Shown: piece after piece, positions 1 through 13,284 of the stretch
Position numbering within the stretch: the stretch's first letter is position 1
How the letters are laid out: each line of letters begins with the position of its first letter
Assembly: GCA_001938485.1 (NCBI GenBank)
Contig: MQRK01238726.1
Location: 1-50,273, forward strand
DNA from: Girardia tigrina
Lineage: Eukaryota
Direction of reading: 5' to 3'
Length of the DNA stretch: 50,273 bases
Notes under the pieces: generated by a model
Told to the model about the DNA's origin: nothing
The model's input: the letters and a program-made list of their open reading frames with translations, nothing else
Database searches by the model: none
Translations under genes and position numbers: made by a program

Positions 1-1875
1 CCATCGGCGCTCCAAATCTCAAGATCCATTTGGTCATTATGATGTTTTTTATGGTTATTTCATCCTGCTTGCTAATGGCTGTCAAAGATATGTACCTACT
101 AAACTGATCTATGATTGTATTATTTAAACACAAAATACTTATTTAAACACAATATACTTTTTTCTTCTCAAAGTTTCCTTTAGTGGTACGCATATGTCTA
201 TGTACACTATCTCAAATGGTTCATTTGCAGCCAATGTCACGCGTTTTTCCTTCATAGCCGTCGTTAATGTTTTACTTTTTTGGCATGCTTCACATTGTCA
301 AATTACTTCTTTTATTATTTCATTCCGATTTATCATGTCATAATTTTCAGAGATGTATTTCGTTACTTTCTCTGCACCCACGTGCGACAATAACGTATGT
401 ATTTGTATGATCATTTCTTCTCTTTTTGACTTTGGTATCCAAATCTTCCCCATGTTTGTTCTTATTACGCCGTCTTCAATCGTAAGCTTTCTGTCTTTAC
501 CTGTACTTGGGTCTCTTTTAATTTCTTCTATTTCTTCTTGTTGATATTTGAATATCTGCGATGTGTCCAGCACGTTGATTCTTCGAGTCTTTATCTTCAT
601 CATTTTAGCATCTTCATGAGCCATCAAGCATTGTGTACATGTATCACATGTATTCCGAGACAACATATCCGCGTTGGAATTATCTGTTCCTTTTCTGTAT
701 TCTAAGTGTATGTCAAGACTTGATAAATAAGTAATCCATGTCTGAAATTGCGCCGTTATCGGTTTATTTGTTTTAACCATAAACGTAATTGCCTTATGAT
801 CCGTTCTCAAAGTGAATCGCTTCCCGTATAAATAATGATTAAAATGCTGACAGAAGTAATACATTGCCAACAGCTCCTTCCTAGTAATGCAGTATCCTTT
901 TTCATGATTATTCATAGAGTGTGAACCATATGCAATAACTCTCTCACGTCCGTCCTTGTCTCTTTGGGATAATACTGCTCCAATCGTGTCGAAACTGGCA
1001 TCAGTGTCCAGTATAAATTCTTTCTTGAAGTCTGGGAATCCTAGAATCGGTGGTGTTGTTAAAGCCTCTTTCATCTCTGCAAATGCTACATCACATGCGT
1101 CTGACCATAACAATTTCTTCTTGTTCAATCCACACAGTTGTTCCAATGTCTTGGCCTTTGTTGCGTAGTCCTTAATAAATCGTCTGTGATAATTGCAAAT
1201 TCCAAGGAAACGTCTTAGACTCTTTACACATTTCGGTTTTTCAAATGTCTTTATGGCTTCTAATTTAGATGGGTCCGTCTGTATACCTTTATCATTAATT
1301 ACATGTCCCAAAAATTTAACTTCTGTTTTTAAGATATGGNNNNNNNNCGGATTGATTCTTAAGCCTGCTTTCCCGATTTGGTCCAATACTTTATTCAAAG
1401 TTTCGTAATGTTGTTCCAACGATTTTGAAAATATAAGAATGTCATCTAAATATACCACTGTCTGTTTTATGTCTCCGAGCACCTTTGTCATGAGTTCCTG
1501 AAACGTTCCCGGTGCCGATGCTATACCAAAAGGCATTCTATTGAAACAAAATTGTCCTAGCTTTGTGGAAAATGCTGTTTTCAGCTTTGAATCTTCTTCT
1601 AGTTCGACCTGGTAGTATGCATTGCCTAAATCAATTGATGTGAAATATCTGGCTCCATACAGTTTGTCCATCATTTCTATCATATTTGGCATAGGAAATG
1701 CCTGTCTCTCTGTGACTAGGTTTAGCTGTCTAAAATCCAAGCAAATTCTAACATCATTCTTTTCTTTCTTCCATACACAAATCATCGGTGTATTCCATGG
1801 TGAATTACATTTCTTAATAATGTTGTTTTCCCACAAATTCTTAATAGTCTCATCGATCTTTTTTTTCCAGATTAA
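1..1875 (-). mobile_element. Ty3/Gypsy pol fragment (RT - RNase H - integrase zinc finger), 5'-truncated, decayed
   Basis: SPWN, CLDFRQLN, RMPFGI, YLDDIL, TDAS, TDHKA, NADMLSR. The H...H...C..C finger is broken by TGA at 300-298; the integrase continues toward the window edge with a ~19-bp tandem duplication at 121-159. Confidence 0.95.
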
Positions 1876-2461
1876 CTGGTTGCCTATGTGGTCTAAGGTC
1901 GCCATGGCGTGGTCGCCATGTGAGAAGTGGTTGCAACCTCTATATCAGAATTCATTTTTTTAAACACCAAAATTTATTTTTTAAAAACGTTTTTGATTTT
2001 TTAATAGTTGTTTTATTATATCATTTTTAATTTTAAAATATTGAATAAGCATATTAACATAAAAATATTTTACCCTTTAAATTAAAAAAATAATAAATTA
2101 TTCAAGCGAGATAAAAATTTAAATTAACCCCTCATAAACGTAAAAAGATAAAGATAAATATGTATAAAACTTTTATTTATATACAATATAAATAAACATA
2201 TATAACAAAAAAATCACATACGAGAGAGAGAACGGCACAGATAAATCTCGATTTCGATTTTGTGTTTGTTGTTCAAAGGTTTCAAGGAATGATCTTCTGT
2301 TGTAACAATATCGTTGGAAACGTCAGAGAATCATTCGGTTGCACAACGAGATTTTGAGAAAATAGATCACATGAAGAGGAGCACTTTCAGGGGGAATATT
2401 GATAAATTGGTTTGTATAGTATAATTGTAAACAGTAATATTAATGATTGTTTTTATCGATT

Positions 2462-2465
<4 letters not shown>

Positions 2466-2510
<45 letters not shown>
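2466..2510. repeat. (TA)n microsatellite
   Basis: Uninterrupted TA run. Confidence 0.95.
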
Positions 2511-2513
<3 letters not shown>

Positions 2514-2785
2514 CTTATCAGCAATCTCATTCAGTAACATGTCGTATGGTCATATTATGTAAAATGGTTAATAAAGATATTTATCTTTAGTATTCATATT
2601 AATGTATAAGTTACATATTCTTAAATAAAGTTTTTGAATACGTTTTAAGCTGTAAAAAAAACAGAATAAAACTGATGAAAGCATGTTTAGAAATGATTAC
2701 TTTATCCTTTAAATTAATATTATTTCATTTAAAATGGATTATAGAACGTTACATAAAACACGAAGCAAAATAATCTCAAACTCAC

Positions 2786-3014
2786 TGTTCATCGTTTCCG
2801 ATATTAACTCAATCGGTATTTCTGATAAATCACCAAAGGGATCGAAAGACAGAATTAGTTTTCCCATTGTCACACTAATGTATTTTTTGCATTTTTCCCA
2901 ATTCTTAAATAATCCAGTTTCAGCTTCTTTAGGATGTAGCATAATCAATAATGTTTGAATAATAGCGTGAATTGTGACTGGGGGATCTTTATAACTTCGA
3001 AGCTCGGCATATGC
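2786..3014 (-). CDS. EFCAB5: EFCAB5-like last visible exon (229 nt): AYAELRSYKDPP...NWEKCKKYI...FDP
   Basis: ttttcag acceptor, A|gtgagt donor; ELRSYxxPP...W..C motif (dynein-stalk-MTBD-like) recalled from the EFCAB5 C-terminus. No terminal exon was found in the window. Confidence 0.85.
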
Positions 3015-3056
3015 CTGAAAACAAGCTGTTTTATAAAACACCTTACGTCAGATTAC

Positions 3057-3281
3057 TTGAGCATCAAGTTTGGCAACATTTGCTCGTAAATCTGCCAACA
3101 TTAGTTGGTCAAATATCATTTCCGAGCTCGATATTTCGTTCGCATCAGTCAAACGAGTCAAAGATTCAGTGTCTTTAGTCTTGTTTGCCTCATCATCTTT
3201 TTCCGAATTATCTTCACTCAACTGACTTAATTTAATAATTTCATTGAACGCTTGCTGTAAAAGCCCCATCATTCTGGAAAC
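3057..3281 (-). CDS. EFCAB5: EFCAB5-like exon (225 nt): VSRMMGLLQQAF...FDQLMLADLRANVAKLDAQ
   Basis: ttttcag acceptor, gtaatc donor; followed by a 42-nt intron. Confidence 0.88.
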
Positions 3282-3789
3282 CTGAAAATTTCTTTCAATT
3301 ATTTTCGTGTTTATTGTTATTACATTAAATTATTCAAACCAAATTGTTTTCATCTAAATTGTATCATACATGCTATCGTCAAATTATATAGTTTCTTTTT
3401 ATGTTTAAGTTTTAATAAAAGTAGAATATCTTTTAAAAAGTCAAACTAGAATATTGTCAGATTTTTTTCGATTGCCTCTGAGACTTTTGTTTTTTTTCAC
3501 TAAAATATATGGACATTATTGTACCTACCTAAGGCTTTGGTAGTCACCCGTCCTTACTTCGAATGTGTCCTTACATTTTGTTGTTAGTTGATGGACACCT
3601 AAACACAGAAAGATTTATATCAAATTAATATTTCTTATTTCGACTATGCCTTTCTTTATTTTAATTTTTTCAGAATCATAAATGTCGTTGAATTAATAAT
3701 AATGATAATAACAGGGCTTTGAATTCAAATTTGTCTTTTTTGCATTCAATTTCGTCCTTGAAAAAAAGATATTTTTAATAAAAAGTTTG

Positions 3790-4030
3790 AATACTTTTAA
3801 CATGTCAATAAGCATAAGTTGTGTTTCGAGAGCATTATCTAAACTTAGAATAACATTAAAAACTGCGTCGGTCGAGTTGGATCGTGGAAACGCAATTGAA
3901 ACGATTCAACAACGCAAGGCCTATGCTTTAAATCTTTAAGCAAATGCACCTGATGCTGATAAAAAATTTTATTTTGATGAACCAGGCTTTAATTATCATT
4001 TTGAACAAAGAAAATCATGGTCGAAAATCA
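3790..4030 (+). mobile_element. IS630-like/Tc1 DDE_3 transposase fragment
   Basis: Manual translation: SISCVSRALSKLRITLK...RGNAIETIQQRKAYA...FYFDEPGFN, parallel to the 38868-40152 element. Confidence 0.6.
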
Positions 4031-4349
4031 ACATTTATGCTCGAATATTTTACATTTTTTTTACAAATATTAATTTTTACTGAAATATTTTAAAATGTTT
4101 TAAATGTTGCGTTTTTAAAATTCAAAAATTTACGAACTCGCCAAAATCCTTAAATTGCGCTTACGGTATTTTTACTTAATTTTTAAGAAATATGAAATTA
4201 ATCCATTTTAATTCAATGATTCATTGGTAAAATATTTCTTTAAGTTTTGTAAAGTCCTGTAAGATGTGTTAGTTTAATACACGGTGTAGATTTAGCTGAT
4301 GATTGGATTGTTATTTTGAAAAATGTCATAATTTTTTATCAATAATATA

Positions 4350-5687
4350 TTGGGTTGTTGCATAAGTTCCCACCGTTACATGAAATTATCTGTTCTACAA
4401 AGACTTTTTGATGTTTGGCGAAGTGTTATATACCATTAGAAAGCCCGTGCTATGCTCTACAAGATTAAAGTATTCGTTTTTGCCTATATTATTTTTTGTC
4501 TTTTTTAGAACCGTCAAATGGATTGTCAAGTCGACAAAAAATCGCATTTTCGACACCTCCTTTTCGCCTTAAGTCGAGGTCAAAAAGCGAGTGAAGCTAC
4601 CACAGATATTTGTGCCGTGTATGGAGAGGACGCTATAGCTGAGAGAACTGCTCGGGATTGGTTTGTCAGGTTCAAACACGATAATTTCGACCTCAACGAC
4701 GCTCCTCGTTACGGAAGACCAGTCGAGATAGACGATGACCAACTCGGGAATCTTTTGAAGGAAGATGGCCGCCAGATATACAGAGAATTGGCCGAAAAGA
4801 TGAATTGTGTTTTTGCGAAAATTTCACGCCATTTTCAGTCGATGGGTTTCACTCAAAAGCTTGGAGCTTGGGTCCCGCACGAACTTACCCAAAAACAGAA
4901 GGATGAGCGGCTTTCCATTTCTGCTCAAAATCTCGCTCAACACCAAGGAACCCATGGTCACAGGCAACGTTTCTTATATAGAATCGTCACTGGAGACGAG
5001 AAATGGTGTCTCTATGTGAATATGAAGCAAAGGAAAGAGTGGGTGAGTCGTGGAGAGAAGCCTAACGCCAGGATCAAGAAAGACCTGCACCCAATGAAGA
5101 CAATAATTTGCGTATGGTGGGATTGGGAAGGTCTAATCCACTGGGAAATGTTTGGAAAGAACATGACAGTAGAAAAGAATCTCTATAAAGCCCAATTACA
5201 TCGAGTCAATGAGGCAATTCAACAAAAAAGACCGGATCGACAAGGTCAGGTGATCCTCCTCCATGATAATTCTCGACCACACACCACAAAACTCCAAGAG
5301 CTCGGTTGGGAGGTCCTTCAACATCCTCCCTATTACTCAGATCTCGCCCAGGCGGATTGTCATCTCTTCCGCTGCATTTCAAATGAAATGAGGGGTCTTA
5401 GCTTCGAAAATCAGGATCATCTTGAGAATTGGCTCAACAACTTCTTCGAGACTCGACCTAAGGATTTCTGGTGAAATGGAATCAATAAACTGGTGGAAAG
5501 ATGGGAAGAAGTAGTGAACAATGAAGGAGAGTTCATAATTGATTGAAGTGTTATTATTTTTGCTGTTAAAATTTTATGATTTCATAAAATATATAATTAA
5601 CTGAGTCATTATTTTGGTTGTTAAAATTCTTTGATTTCTTTGAAAATAAATGTTTAAAAAACGGTGGGAACTTATGCAACAACCCAA
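4350..5687 (+). mobile_element. Near full-length mariner (DD34D type) with 28-bp TIRs; transposase pseudogene 4518-~5546
   Basis: TIR ttgggttgttgcataagttcccaccgtt / aacggtgggaacttatgcaacaacccaa, TA flank; WVPHEL, TGDEKW, HDNSRPH, YSDLAQAD; small deletion after HDN and premature TGA at 5472-5474. Confidence 0.95.
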
Positions 5688-6317
5688 ATATATTATTGAG
5701 TCTTGTGTACACTAATTTAATATTTTTGACAAATGATTTTGTTACAGTTTTTTAAGATTTAAATCATTTAAGAAGAGCATTTTGAAGAATATACGCAGTG
5801 TCAAAGTGGAAGGCTTGTGCATAATTGGGTACCCCCATGGCAAATCAGCTAAGGTCAAGAAGAAGTATATCTACCACAAACATTTAAGAATAATTCAGTC
5901 CAGATGCGGTTGATGAAATTATTAATAAATTAAGAGTTGTGAAATGAGACAAAATTTTTAAAAACAAAAATCAGCATTTAAAATGTATCTTTTGATAATA
6001 TATATTTCGACAGTTTTACATTTTTCATCAATTGATCGACTTTATCCTTTTTGTACCACTTAGTTTTCTTTCTGTACAAGCAGTTGTCTTCTTTAACTAT
6101 TTTCCAACTTCTATTAAATCTCAACTCCATGAAAAGAAGAATATTAAATATTTATTATTCAAACAATTGTCTCATTTTCATATATTCTTATTAAAATCTA
6201 ACAAAAACTCTAAATAATGTTAAAAACACAAATATATCTTTTAATAAAAGTGAAAGTTTGAATAAAAATATAAAATAATGGAATAAAAATTTAAGATAAA
6301 AATATTTTTTATTTTAC

Positions 6318-6483
6318 TTCGATATTTTCAGCATTCGGCAAGAATTTCAATCCTCCAATATTTATATCAATTACGGCCACAGCCATACCACCAATGTCCC
6401 TTAAGGGAATCGCCATTCTTTTTTCACCATAAGCCTCCGTGATAATAGACTGACTTGTTTCAACAGCTTCAAATAAATAAGTT
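6318..6483 (-). CDS. EFCAB5: EFCAB5-like exon (166 nt): TYLFEAVETSQ...AYGEKRMAIPLRDIGGMAVAVIDI
   Basis: tttcag acceptor phase 2, gtaaaa donor phase 0; second GAF-like PLRD motif. Confidence 0.88.
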
Positions 6484-6609
6484 CTGAAATTCATATAAAC
6501 TTGATAATGCATTCCATTTAATATTTTATGAATAAATAAGTAATTTGCATTAGCAAAACATTTGATAAATAAAACAATATTATCCCATAAGTGGCGAATA
6601 AACAATATA

Positions 6610-7520
6610 CGAGAGGTGATCCCAAAGTAATGAATGATTACTAGAAAGTAATTATTAATCCTAATGATAATGGGTTATTTTTAGTGCACACAAATATACA
6701 AATAAAATTTCCCCTACTCGATTAGGAACCAACTAGTTCAGGAACAAAATCACTTCAGTAGACTTTGATTCCGGGAGCTAGATTCATTTGAATACGAACT
6801 GCCGAGGAGGAAATATTAAAATGCAGAAAAATGAAATCAGAATTGTCATCAAATAGCTCTACTTGAAAGAAATATCTATCAAAGACAATACAACGTCTTG
6901 GTGGAAACATTAAGGGACTCTTCTCCAGCATATACAACAGTTGCACTCTGGGTCAAGGAGTTTAAGCTGGGAAGAACATCGACGGAAGATGAACATCGTG
7001 ATGGACGCCCATCCACCCCTATCACTGAAGATAACATGAAAAAAGTTAAAGAAGTTGTATTGACAGATCAAAGAGCGACTATCTGACATGTAGCTGAGCT
7101 CACAGAGATCTCATATCAGAGTATTGAAAGAGTCCTTGTGAACGAATTGCATATGAGAAAGGTCTCCACACGTTGGGCGTTGAGAATGTTAACCGACGAG
7201 CAAAAGAATAAAGGAATTGACATTTCAACAGTAAAACTCGGAAAGTCCCAAGCAGAGTAAGAAATTTTTGTCACGTTTTGTGACCATGGACGAAACCTGG
7301 ATCCACCACTTTGATCCCGAAACTAAACAACAATCGATGACATGAAAACCAGCCGATGAACCGACGTCAAAGAAATTTATAGTGTCAAGCTCAGCAAAGA
7401 AAGTTATGATATCCATATTTTGGGACGCTAATGGAATTATTATGGTACAATATTTGGAGAATGGTGCTCCTACTACGTAGAACAAATAAGAAAATTGCGG
7501 AAGCTATCAAGAAGAAAAGG
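6610..7520 (+). mobile_element. Decayed mariner, irritans/Himar1-like, 3'-truncated
   Basis: WVKEFKLGRTSTEDEHRDGRP, FVTMDETWIHHFDPETKQQS, KKVMISIFWD; left boundary tentative. Confidence 0.8.
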
Positions 7521-8284
7521 TGAGTTAATGTTTTTAATAATCTCGTTTTCATCCCTTTCCTTGATTAATTGCCAACCATAGATCAATATTTTTTTCTGTA
7601 ATATGGTTTTGCTTGAGAACACTGGACAATCATATACATTATTTGTGCAATCATTTGCCGAATACTTTCCATCATATTTAGGTCTAAACTAAACTTAGGT
7701 CAGGATATTTTAAATAATTAAATTTTTTTTTAAAAATTTTAACATCAAACGAGAAAAATAAATCAGAAAATTGAGTAGTTAGGATTTGAAATCGTCACCA
7801 AGCTTTCATTTAATGAGAGATGGTTAGATAAATAAAGTGAGATAATGATTTTGGCTACTTTTTTGAATTTGTTTACTGTCCATTATTTGAATTCAACTTT
7901 CATCATAAGGAAAAAATCTAGTTTAAATCATGATTCCACTAAACTAAGTATTAAGAACACTATAATTGGATTTTTAGTATACTTATTGGTATTACAAATC
8001 ACATTGCCACTAGGACAATTCTCCACAAAACTGTTGTAACTAGTCATCGTTCTTGATTGATCAATTTTTAATTCTATTTCTAAACGTCTTATTATTAACA
8101 CAAATCGAAATTACAATTTAATTTACAATTTCAATAACAAAATAATTTATAATTATTTTAAAAAATATTTTAAATGTAACACGCGAAAAGTTTATATTCA
8201 AAAACACTGTTTAATTGATAATATTTAAACAAAATATTTATCAAAAAAGCATATATTAAATATTTTAAATAATCAAAATATCTA

Positions 8285-9440
8285 ATATCCAACACTCCCA
8301 CCAGATTCGTCCACAGAAGAATCTGAATCCACAATGTAATTTAGATAAGACGGACTTCGTCTTTCTCTACTAGGCCTACTGTTCAATGATTGTTCCTCTT
8401 GTGTTTGATTGTCTGGTAGTGATGCAGTTTCCTCCATATTCATATAGTATGACTTGGAACTTTCAACCAAGTCAAGCTGTCTATGACGAATGTCTGCGAT
8501 ATGTCTTGGACCGCAAAATCCATTGCAATTTACTAGATATTTCCTTTGATCTATTCTTTTCACGACAAAACCCTTGACCAATTGCTGTGTACATTGTGTT
8601 TTCCTGTTTTACCCACACAAATTGATTCTCAACATAATCTGGATTTCCAGAAAACGGTTCCTTTTCACTTCTTAAAATTATATCTAACCCTATGTGCAAA
8701 TAGCTATACAGTGCCGAGCTTGGTGTTTCTTTTACTTCAGATTGCGTGTTATTATACCACCATAAGGCTTCCAATATGCTGATGTTTGATCTGGACGCAA
8801 TTCTTTTGATTGTTCTATGATTCCTTTCTATTATTCCATTGCAGTTAGGTCGATTGATGGCACGATACATGACTCGAACGTTCCACTTTTCCATTAGCTT
8901 GTTGAATTCTACCGAATGAAATGTGGTATAATTATCGATAATTAGTTCCTTGGGAGACCCGCGTTCAGAGAACAAACTTGAGAATTCTGAGACAATTGAC
9001 TTGAAGTCTTCAGCCTTAATTAATTTCTATATCGCAAAGCGAGAAGGACCACAATTGATTAAACTTAAAGATTTTTGTTGATTGTACTTTGTAACATCCG
9101 CAGCAAGTCTTTTCCAGTTTTCGTTGACGCTCAGCCTACCGGTTTTCCATTTTACGGGTGCCGGACCGATGGATTAACATTTTTGACATCTTGAAATCAG
9201 ATACTTGATATCCACGTTTGACACACTTATTGTTTGCTTCGCACATAGATATCACATTCTGTTTGCGCCTAAATGACACTTATCATGAAGTTGCTGCAGC
9301 TTGAATAGATCGTCCGTAACCGATAAAAAACAATTGCTTCTTTTTAATTGTTTTGGAAAATTCTTGTTAACTTGTCCGCCTTGTTATCTTCGCTATTAAT
9401 CAACTCGATCTTCAACTCGATCTCATACTCCTGACATACT
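8285..9440 (-). mobile_element. Gypsy integrase fragment
   Basis: GSPKELIIDN, NGIIERNHRTIKR, YNNT...TPS; frameshifts and stops. Confidence 0.85.
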
Positions 9441-9559
9441 CCTATAATTTTCATGATTAAATTTTTTAAAAAGAAAGTCATTTTTTAAATTTATTTATAA
9501 AATAAAACATCAATCTCCAAAAATGTCAAGTTTACAGAAGCAATCCGTAAGGAATTTTC

Positions 9560-10480
9560 TTCAATGACGATAATAGCTGGGCATATCCGTGTATTCCTGT
9601 TTTTCAGCAACAGTTTAATAATTTGTTGCAAAATCGATTGTCTCGGTTTGTGATTACTGGACAGCATGTCTGGGTGATTGGTGACCCCTGTCCTAACATC
9701 TCTTTTCAGGCTAGAAAAGAATGCCTCAATGAGGTTAAGAAAAAGGGGTACTGTGGCAAGTTAACCATTGTATGAATAGGTGAAGTATTCATATGGATCT
9801 GTGCATTGACCTAGATAAGAAAATGGGGTCTCGCAAGCAACTTTTCTGATAATTCATTGATAAATGCTTGATACTTCATAGGCTCCAACTTGCCACTATA
9901 TACCTTGAATAACAGTGGTCTCTCTTTGCCTATGGTCATCACCACCGACATATTTCCCCCTGATTGTGGGTACCACGATATTCAATGGTTCTCCTCTTTT
10001 ATACCGCCCTGATGTCCTTCTAGTCCAAAGGTTGAAACCGATTTCCTTAATATAGACACATTGATTCATCTACTAACCTTCTTTCGTAAATGACATGCAT
10101 ATTTAAATCTGATTTCTTTTACCCGATCAGAGTTTCTTTCTTACACTGAGCCTCTGACTTTCATTATTGTAATTAACTGGCCATTCAGGAATCTGGATAT
10201 TGTCGCTTATGATACATTGATTTCTTGATTTTCATGGAGAAATCTTTTCATTTCGGACAGTGTTGATTGTGGATTGTCCTCAATAAATTCTATTAAAAAT
10301 TCGCTAACTTCTCTGATTATTGGCTTCTTGTAGCCTCCCGTTTTCCAAATGATATTAAGCCATACTTTCTATACTTATTAATTATTGTTTTAGCCACCGA
10401 TTCAGATATGTCTATTTATCTCGCCAAGGCGAGGTAATCTTCTGACATATATGCTCTAATGAGCCTTTCTTTATAAACCA
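9560..10480 (-). mobile_element. Decayed IS630-like DDE_3 transposon
   Basis: Manual reverse translation shows EIGFNLWTRRTSGR and LPQ..PFLNLIEAFFS motifs with frameshifts; boundaries approximate. Confidence 0.7.
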
Positions 10481-10980
10481 GATTATTATCACAATTCGGG
10501 TCGAAATAAATTCTCAAAAATGAGTCCGGTGGAGAAATCCTAAATGTGATTGTCGAGTTCCTCAAACTCGAGTAAAATACCGTCAAGAAAAGGAATTAAT
10601 TCAGAAGATCAACTCGTTGGTCAGATTCAACGAATTTGTCCCGACAATCTCGACCCGGACTTTTAGGATGGGCGAGATCAATGTATCATCAATTATCTTG
10701 CGTGTTTCGGCACCCAGAACTTCTCGAAATTCATGATTTGCGTCTTGATCTTGAATACAAAAGAGGGATACTTACACAAAATAGGAAAGTTTACAGATCA
10801 TTGCTAAAATGTAGTGGACAAAAATGCTCTTTCAATTAAAGAATATTTGTTATTTCTTTAATAAATTTATGAGCAAAAAGTAGTTGCAATCATAAATATT
10901 GTTAATAAATTATTTCTACATTAAACGGTTCATCATTTGGTAGAACATCTTAAGCAATTAATAAAGAAAATCAATTTTAC

Positions 10981-11240
10981 TTAAATAAATTATCATTTTT
11001 CTCAATTCTTGAAGTCTTCTGGTTTCTAGTTATTTCTCCCCGGTCATTTGATGAGAGAACATGCCGTAAAACAAATTGCTGAATGGATTTCTGGTCCTGC
11101 TTCTCTCGCAGAAACATATCTGCTCCTTTAACTGAAAGAATTCGACGACAAATCCAAGATATTGCGGATTCACTGACTTTTATTAACCTTCGTAACATTT
11201 GAACGTGATGAAAAGCCGAACTAAACTGTTTAGCTAGTCC
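10981..11240 (-). CDS. EFCAB5: EFCAB5-like exon (260 nt): GLAKQFSSAF...SAISWICRR...DNLFK
   Basis: atttag acceptor phase 0, AA|gtaaaa donor phase 2. Confidence 0.88.
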
Positions 11241-11288
11241 CTAAATTAGCGTTGCATGTTATACAATTTTTAAAGGATTATATCAAAC

Positions 11289-11513
11289 TTGATAAAAGAA
11301 TATTTCGTGGCTATAGAAAGAAGTTTTTTCAGGATATGGATCGTTTAATGTATCAACAGAAATAATTCCGAAAATTCGATCGATGTCGTCCTTAACTGGC
11401 ACAATAACTATGGCTCCTTCTTTTGCCGTGTCAGTAATATCTGGATTCCAATAAATAACATTTGAACTAAGAGAAGAATGGGGAAGATGAACAACATTCC
11501 CAGAATGTATTGC
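11289..11513 (-). CDS. EFCAB5: EFCAB5-like exon (225 nt), GAF-like: AIHSGNVVHLP...IVPVKDDIDRIFGIISVDTLNDP...HEIFFYQ
   Basis: Open 75 codons, tag/gtttga boundaries, GAF-type VPxxDxxxRIFGII motif; absent from the ORF track. Confidence 0.88.
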
Positions 11514-13284
11514 CTAGTTTGAAGAACGAAATTCTTTTAAGAAGCATCATATTTTTTATAAATATATAATAAATTAAATCAAATAAATTTTTAAAATTTA
11601 TGACAAAATTCAAATTATTATAAAAAATAAATTATGTATAATAATAATATAATATACTTTATGTTTAACACATTTATATTTTTGATTGATATTCAAAAGA
11701 ATTGGTATCCACCATGTATCTCAGTTAAATATAAATAAAAATGATACATTTCAGTTTATTTTTATTTATTTATTTATTTATATTTTCTTTATATATATAT
11801 AATTTATTTATTGATAAACATGGCCAAAGGATAGTACCAGTATTTTGACAAGTCTGACGATCCAACCAAAGACTATTAGGTGCATTTCGATAGCGTGTTC
11901 GGTATCCAACGTCAAGTACTCTTCGGCACAATGGGTGTTTCACAGAGATGGGAAATGCAGAGGGATCCGAAGACTTAACCTGATCGAAATAAGGGAAGAA
12001 CAAGTACCAATGAACTCCATACTGAACATAAAAGAAACTGACAGTATGCAGGAAATTCTAATGGGAAACAATATAGAAGAATTCGATCCAGCAGTCCTCG
12101 ATGAAATGCTAAAATCTTACGTTGTGAGAGTTGAGCATTTCAACAATGAGGATAAGTACTCATCTTCTGCTGAAGAATCATCAGAAGATGAATATTAAGG
12201 TATAAGGTATAGAAGGAGGCAGAAACGATCACCTATTTTAGTGGTGCCGGAGTATGCCGCACGAAAAGAAACCCGGTAAAAACCATAGTACGGCTCGCCA
12301 GCCATACGAATTCATATATGACACAACGGGTACTTTTACTGATAGACAAAAAAATTTAAAAGTTTCTTTAAAAGATTGTCAATATCAAATATATGAGATT
12401 AGATCTAAAACTGTGAGATAGAATAGAAATTTTGGAAAAAAATTAAAGAAAATTGAATAATTCTTAATCAGGATGGAAAGCTATTGGACGATGATAATGT
12501 TCTAATCAGTAAGTATAGAAAAGCAAAAGGTGTAGTGTTGAATACAAATACCTAGATGGTTACAAGGACGATCATTCATAATTAATAAATTTTCGTAATC
12601 ATGCGAAGAATAATTAAGATAAAAACAAAATGATGGAACCCATAGAAAAAAAATTAAACAAAAAAAACAGGTATATTTTGAACTCAGAATCTTTAGTCCA
12701 AAAGAATTCAAAGAATGTGAATGAAGAACTAGCACAACATTTTTATAAAATTTTTCAAAGTATAATTCTTATTAAGTGCCTTTATGTGACAAGTTCCACT
12801 AGTGAACTATTATTTGTTGAAAGCCCACCAATGGTTAATGCAGTTAATAAACTAGAGGAAAGCACCTGGAACAACATAGTGATTTCTGAAATTTTAAAAT
12901 GCAGAGCAGCCTTCGGGTGTAGAAAACCTAAAGATTTTTAAATAATATGGAACGGAAACTAAATTAATCTTAGAGCTGAATGGAAATAAGAATGAGTGTT
13001 GTAGCATCAGGGTTGCCACAATGGGGCCACAATTAGATGGCACAATCAAAACAGAAGAATACCAATATTAATTTCTATCAATATCGCACCGACATCAAGC
13101 TCATATTTTGCGTGGTGGTCACAGCTTCTGATCAGTACTAAAATCGGGTGTATTTTAGTACAATTACTGAATAAAAATTATCGACATATCAGCAAAATCC
13201 AAAGCGATTATTTTTTTAAAGACAAATTTCAAGTAAAATAATGTATTTTTAATCGATATTTGCCGCTCAAAGATAATCCACTTT

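Noticed and set aside
1876-1945. ATG start of the 535-aa ORF and the ggtcgccatg repeat; also considered as the EFCAB5 terminal exon
   Set aside because: MATLDHIGNQ derives from unrelated, probably MITE-end, sequence abutting a truncated pol. Splicing into it gives a short peptide with no EFCAB5 resemblance.
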